NCBI GenBank assembly: GCA_041559575.1
Contig: JBFFDD010000002.1
Coordinates: 1 to 39,989 of the forward strand
Direction: 5' to 3'
DNA length: 39,989 bases
Source of the DNA: a bacterium
GTDB taxonomy: Bacteria; BMS3Abin14
Shown piece after piece: positions 35,976 to 39,989 of this stretch. The notes below the pieces were generated by a model that was not told where the DNA came from, ran no database searches, and was given only the letters and a program-made list of their open reading frames with translations. Positions within the stretch are counted from its first letter, which is position 1, and every line of letters begins with the position of its first letter. A program made the position numbers and the translations under genes.

Positions 35976-37622
35976 ATGGACTATCTCTCCCTGAAAGCCG
36001 CCGCCAATGCCGTGAAGGACTCCATGCTGGGGTCCAGGCTTGCTGATGTCCGTCCGTTGGATCACTACGAGATCCTCCTGCGGTTTCAGAGAGGACGGGA
36101 GCTTGTCCTGTCCATAGACCCGGGTCGCCCCGGTATCTACCTGTTCACAGCTGACGGGATCCTCCCCTCGATCCAGCCAGGGCCCTTCCCGGCAGCCCTG
36201 AAGAGCCATCTGGCCGGCACGGTCCTGACCGGTTTGAGTTTTCCCTTCCCCGGGGATCGCGTCCTGAGAATGGTCTTTCAGAGCGGATGGCCCAGGAAAC
36301 AGGGCACTGAGAACATCCTGATCCTCGAGGTTATGGGCCGGTACAGCAATCTGATCCTTCTCGACCACCAGGAACGCATCATAGCCCCCATGAAGCCGGT
36401 TCCCCCCTCGAAGAGCAGGGTCAGGCCCCTGATCCCCGGGAAGAAATGGTCGCCGCCCCCTCAGAGAGAGGGGACCCCTATCGACACTACCCGTCCAGAG
36501 GACCTCTCCGGCCTTCCCGATCAGCTTACCGAGGGGGCCCTCGTGGGAATGGTCCGAGGACTATCGCCCGCAACAGCCAGGATCGCCCTGAAAATGGCCC
36601 GCCGGGATCGGAGGCCGGTGGCCGAGATCCTGTCGGACCTCGTGCGGTCCAGCGACGGATCACGGGGAGCTATTATTGTGGAGGACGGCCGCAGGATCCT
36701 TATCCCCTTCGACATGGGACCCCTCGACGGGATCGTCTCCGAAAACTTTTCCGACTTCCCGTCCGCGGCGCTGTCCTGGAGGGGCTCTAAAGGTCACGAA
36801 GGATCCGGTGGGGTGAGGGATGACGATCTCGAGTCTGGCCTGGCCCGGGAGGTGGGCCGGATTCAGCGGGAACTGTCGGCTGTGGACCGGGAGGTGGAAA
36901 GATGTCTGGATCACAAAACCGTTCGTCTGAAGGCCGAAACCCTTCTGGCCCACCTCAGCCGGGTCAAACGCGGTGACCGCCGCATCGAACTCCCTCACCC
37001 CTACCGTTCCGGTGAGACCCTGATCATAGAGATGAACCCGGCAGTCTCCGGTTCCGTCAACGCCCAGGCTCTTTTCGCGGAGGCCAAACGCATGAGGAGG
37101 GGCCTCGAGGAACTCCGGGACCGGCGCGATTCCCTCCTGAGAACAATCCGGAACCTGGGGGAAGCCCTGTCGGCCCTCCGGGCAGGCGATCCTGAACCGG
37201 CACGAGAGGCCCTGCTCCGGAATATCGGAAACGGGAAGGCCAAAGGGTCTCGAACTGGTGGCCCGAAAAGAGGCCCCGGCAGGAGGTACGAAAAGGACGG
37301 CTTCATCATCCTGGTGGGAAAAAGCGCCGTTGACAACGAGAGGGTGACCTTCAAGGCCGCCGGCCCCCATGATCTGTGGATTCACACAAGGGACTACGCC
37401 GGCAGCCATGTGGTGATCCTCACAGAGAAGCGGGATGTGCCGGAGGATGTGGTCCGGTACGCAGCCTCCCTGGCCTCACAGAGCAGTCAGGCCAAGGGCG
37501 ATCCGGCGGTGGAAGTGATGGTGACAGAGAGAAAGTGGGTCAGGAAACTCAAGGGCGGGCGTCCGGGACAGGTGAGGGTGGAACGCTACCGGTCGGTGAT
37601 CGCAAAACCGGACAAGAGATAG
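35976..37622 (+). CDS. rqcH: NFACT-family ribosome quality control protein (RqcH / FbpA-like)
   Basis: NFACT-N-like N-terminus, coiled-coil middle, and NFACT-R/DUF814 motif GFIILVGKSAVDNERVTFKAAGPHDLWIHTRDYAGSHVVI. Confidence 0.8.
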   Translation: MDYLSLKAAANAVKDSMLGSRLADVRPLDHYEILLRFQRGRELVLSIDPGRPGIYLFTADGILPSIQPGPFPAALKSHLAGTVLTGLSFPFPGDRVLRMVFQSGWPRKQGTENILILEVMGRYSNLILLDHQERIIAPMKPVPPSKSRVRPLIPGKKWSPPPQREGTPIDTTRPEDLSGLPDQLTEGALVGMVRGLSPATARIALKMARRDRRPVAEILSDLVRSSDGSRGAIIVEDGRRILIPFDMGPLDGIVSENFSDFPSAALSWRGSKGHEGSGGVRDDDLESGLAREVGRIQRELSAVDREVERCLDHKTVRLKAETLLAHLSRVKRGDRRIELPHPYRSGETLIIEMNPAVSGSVNAQALFAEAKRMRRGLEELRDRRDSLLRTIRNLGEALSALRAGDPEPAREALLRNIGNGKAKGSRTGGPKRGPGRRYEKDGFIILVGKSAVDNERVTFKAAGPHDLWIHTRDYAGSHVVILTEKRDVPEDVVRYAASLASQSSQAKGDPAVEVMVTERKWVRKLKGGRPGQVRVERYRSVIAKPDKR

Positions 37623-37627
37623 CGCCA

Positions 37628-37700
37628 AGTTTGGAGTTTGAAGTTTGTGGTTTGAAATGTTAATGCGACAGGTATTCAGGTGTCAGGATTCAGTATTCAG
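37628..37700. repeat. two adjacent heptamer arrays (AGTTTGR x4, then NNTTCAG x4)
   Basis: Reads agtttgg agtttga agtttgt ggtttga ... tattcag gtgtcag gattcag tattcag. The rest of the 313-bp spacer also looks 7-periodic. Confidence 0.7.
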
Positions 37701-37935
37701 GAAAACCCGGTCAAAATCTCTCTGAGCTCTTCGCAAAGAGCCCTTAGCCCTTAATTCTTTCCTCCCGGTTGTTAAGTTCTCAGCCCTCGGTTCTTGGTAC
37801 TTCGTCCCGTTTTTTTAACTTTTTCGTAACAATTTCGAACCCTTCTGGCCTCCCGGACGGCATGGGTTATAATTGTGAATAGGATGAGGGCCTTAAAGGA
37901 CCGGAGAGGAGACATTACCGGAAGGCGGTGAAAGC

Positions 37936-38856
37936 GTGAGAACCTTTGTGATCGTTCTGCTGATCTTGGCCTGGTTAACTCCGGCCCAGGCAGCCTGGGA
38001 TTTTTCCAGACACAGCATCCCCATTGAGGATATTCTTTCTGGCGGCCCGCCGAAGGACGGGATACCCGCCCTGGTCAAACCGGCCTTCATCACTGCCGGG
38101 GCTGCCGGCAGACTTCTGTCGGCCGACGACAGGGTCATCGGGGTCCGCCTCGGAGACACGGTCAAGGCCTACCCCATTCGGATCCTCAACCACCACGAAC
38201 TGGTCAACGACAGAGCTGGGGAACGTTCCATTCTGGTGAGCTGGTGACCCCTGTCCGGAGCGGGCGTCGTGTACGCCCGGCAAGCGGGTGGCAGAACTCT
38301 TACCTTCGGGGTGTCTGGCCTCCTCTACAGGGCCAACGTGCTGATGTACGATCACCAGACGGAATCCCTTTGGTCCCAGGTCAAAAGGTCAGCGGTCACC
38401 GGATCTTTTACCGGGACGAAACTGGAGGTGCTCCCCTCCGTTCTGACGACCTGGGGCAAGTGGCGCAAACGTTATCCTCAGACCCTCGTCCTGTCCTTTG
38501 ACACCGGATACAGGAGGAATTACGACCGGGATCCCTATGAATCCTACCGACGAAACCGCGGCACTTGGAGCGGTTTTCTGTCCTCTTTCATCGGACACCG
38601 CCTCAGTGAGGGAGATGTTGCGCTCGTGGCCGGTATCGAACTGGGAGGAAAAAGCCGGGGCTACCGCCTTACGGACCTCCGTGAGAAGGGCAGCATCGTC
38701 GACAGACTCGGAAGTGAGGAGATAAGAGTGTCCTTCGACCCGGCCACCGACAGCGTTTCGGTGACATCATTAACGGGCGAGAAAATTCCCCATGTGCTAA
38801 TATACTGGTTCGTATGGAAGGAGACGCATCCTGAGGCTGATCTGTATCAGCCCTAG
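37936..38856 (+). CDS. DUF3179 domain protein, exported; single in-frame TGA (38245..38247) at the CPLC-motif position - candidate selenoprotein (alternatively a pseudogene)
   Basis: The track ORFs 37936..38247 and 38269..38856 share one reading frame and are separated only by the TGA. The joined translation ...GERSILVSW-U-PLSGAGVVYARQAGGRTLTFGVSGLLYRANVLMYDHQTESLWSQ follows the DUF3179 pattern (KDGIPA..., AYP..., HE.VND, (T)YCPLC, FGVSG, MYD..T.S.W.Q). Signal peptide MRTFVIVLLILAWLTPAQA. GTG start. Confidence 0.6.
38261..38279 (+). promoter_or_regulatory. candidate bacterial SECIS-like hairpin downstream of the in-frame TGA
   Basis: cgggcg (38261..38266) pairs with cgcccg (38274..38279). 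The 7-nt loop ucgugua contains GU. The stem starts 13 nt after the TGA, putting the loop about 20-26 nt downstream. Confidence 0.35.
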
Positions 38857-38874
38857 ACCCGAACGGTGCCCAAA

Positions 38875-38937
38875 GAACTGATAACTGAGGACTGAGCCCT
38901 AGGAGCTAAGTTCTTAGTTCTCAGCTCTCAGACCCAG
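38875..38937. repeat. 9 in-register heptamers with internal inverted symmetry (NNACTGA x3 ... GTTCTCA/GCTCTCA)
   Basis: Reads gaactga taactga ggactga gccctag gagctaa gttctta gttctca gctctca gacccag. The 16-mer agttctcagctctcag (38916..38931) is identical to 6672..6687. Confidence 0.8.
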
Positions 38938-38960
38938 CCTCAAATCCGCGGGAGCGCTTC

Positions 38961-39746
38961 ATGAAGCTCAAGGACAAAGTTGCCATCATCACGGGCGCGG
39001 GAAGGGGTCTGGGACGGGCCGCGGCCGTCGCCATGGCTGAACAGGGGGCGTTAACCGTAATCCTGAGCAGAACACCGTCCGAGCTAACTGATACAGCTGC
39101 GATCATCGAATCTAACGGCAGTAAAACCCTGATGTTTAGGGCTGACGTCTCCCGCCCGGGGGACATCGACGAGGTGGTCAGCGAGACCCTTTCCGTCTTC
39201 GGCAGAATCGACATCCCGATGAACAACGCCGCCATCGTCGGACCGGCGGAACTCATCACCGACATCAATTGGGAGGATTGGGACGAGACCATGGACATCA
39301 ATGTCAAGGGCCCCTATATGTTCAGCGGAGCTGTGGTGCCCCATATGTCCCGTTCCGGAGGAGGGAAGATCATCAACGTGACCTCCGGCCTCGCCGATAT
39401 CATCATGCCCCCTTTCGGCGCCTACTCCATCAGCAAGGCGGCCCTGAACCATATGACCAGGATCCTGGCTGAGGAACTGCAGGCCCACAGCATCCAGGTC
39501 AACGCCATGGATCCGGGGATCATGGACACAGGCATGCAGGACACCATCCGGAGTCTGGGACCGGAGATCCTCGGCGAACATCTCTACGAACAGTTCGTCT
39601 CCTTCAAGGAAGAGGGACACCTGAAGGCACCCGAGGAGATCGCCCAGCTGGCAGTTTTCCTCGCCTCCGGGGATTCGGACTCCATCACCGGGGAGATCGG
39701 TTCCGAGCTGGACTACGGGGGATATGGGTATGGGATGGAGGAATGA
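38961..39746 (+). CDS. SDR family oxidoreductase
   Basis: Cofactor motif TGAGRGLG, NNAA, and catalytic YSISK (YxxxK); 261 aa. Confidence 0.9.
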   Translation: MKLKDKVAIITGAGRGLGRAAAVAMAEQGALTVILSRTPSELTDTAAIIESNGSKTLMFRADVSRPGDIDEVVSETLSVFGRIDIPMNNAAIVGPAELITDINWEDWDETMDINVKGPYMFSGAVVPHMSRSGGGKIINVTSGLADIIMPPFGAYSISKAALNHMTRILAEELQAHSIQVNAMDPGIMDTGMQDTIRSLGPEILGEHLYEQFVSFKEEGHLKAPEEIAQLAVFLASGDSDSITGEIGSELDYGGYGYGMEE

Positions 39747-39775
39747 TCATCAACCTCAATGGCTGACGATCATTC

Positions 39776-39989
39776 CGAACCGGCGAACCGGCGATGGCGC
39801 GCGGCACCGCTTCTTCGTTGAACGGTGCGAGGTCTTCGGCGGAACCGCCGCCACTGGCGACGATGATGACATCGGGGCGGTGCTCCCGAGCGAGCGTGCG
39901 CAGCGCCTCGGCGGTCAGTGATCCGGCGCCGACGCCCTGCACCACTGTGGGTTGCATCAGCACGGTCGCGAGCGGCCAGCGTCGCGCCA
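39776..39989 (-). pseudogene. xseA: internal fragment of exodeoxyribonuclease VII large subunit (xseA-like), truncated
   Basis: The minus-strand translation RRWPLATVLMQPTVVQGVGAGSLTAEALRTLAREHRPDVIIVASGGGSAEDLAPFNEEAVPRAIAGSP parallels the XseA core (PV.VQGEGAA...DV.I..RGGGS.EDL..FN.E.VARAI). Similarity stops near 39776, only 30 nt from the intact convergent SDR gene, so about 250 aa of XseA C-terminus has no room. Confidence 0.55.

Noticed and set aside
38244-38501. Alternative-frame ORF (85 aa), with a frameshift as the explanation for the split DUF3179 gene
   Set aside because: The two DUF3179 halves are in the same frame, so no frameshift is needed. The alternative-frame ORF has Arg/Pro-rich nonsense composition.
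1-39989. Looked for mobile elements, prophage, defence islands, retrons/DGRs, rRNA/tRNA genes
   Set aside because: No transposase, integrase, reverse transcriptase, Cas, restriction-modification or phage structural motifs were found in any of the ORF translations. I recognised no rRNA/tRNA-like sequence by eye, but a tRNAscan/Infernal run would be needed to be certain.

Overview
This is about 40 kb of fairly GC-rich, Gram-negative-type bacterial chromosome; lpxC, lgt, Rnf and multihaem cytochromes suggest an anaerobic Deltaproteobacteria/Desulfobacterota-like organism. It is mostly housekeeping and metabolic genes: a YehZYXW/OsmU-like osmoprotectant ABC transporter, cfa, guaC, lgt, fabH, lpxC, rnfCDGE, nrdR, dCMP deaminase, glyA, rpiB and an RqcH/NFACT homologue, plus several uncharacterised membrane or secreted proteins. 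I saw no rRNA, tRNA, CRISPR array, transposase, integrase, reverse transcriptase or recognisable defence genes. Two things stand out. (1) A DUF3179-family exported protein (37936..38856) is interrupted by one in-frame TGA exactly where this family, as I recall it, has the first Cys of its CPLC motif, and a small GC hairpin follows; this suggests a selenocysteine (UxxS) protein rather than a pseudogene. (2) Almost every intergenic spacer holds arrays of imperfect 7-nt tandem repeats from a few recurring motif families. The arrays keep strict 7-nt register, often begin at or beside a stop codon, occur in both orientations and include near-identical dispersed copies. This resembles cyanobacterial STRR heptamers and is not explained by any gene. 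Secondary oddities are an rnfCDGE cluster without rnfA/rnfB, a DUF885 / ATP-grasp-like / methyltransferase cluster, a three-gene membrane-protein operon, a perfect sigma-54 consensus against the lpxC start, and a truncated, more GC-rich xseA fragment at the right edge. All calls come from reading the ORF translations and DNA by eye; no database search was run.
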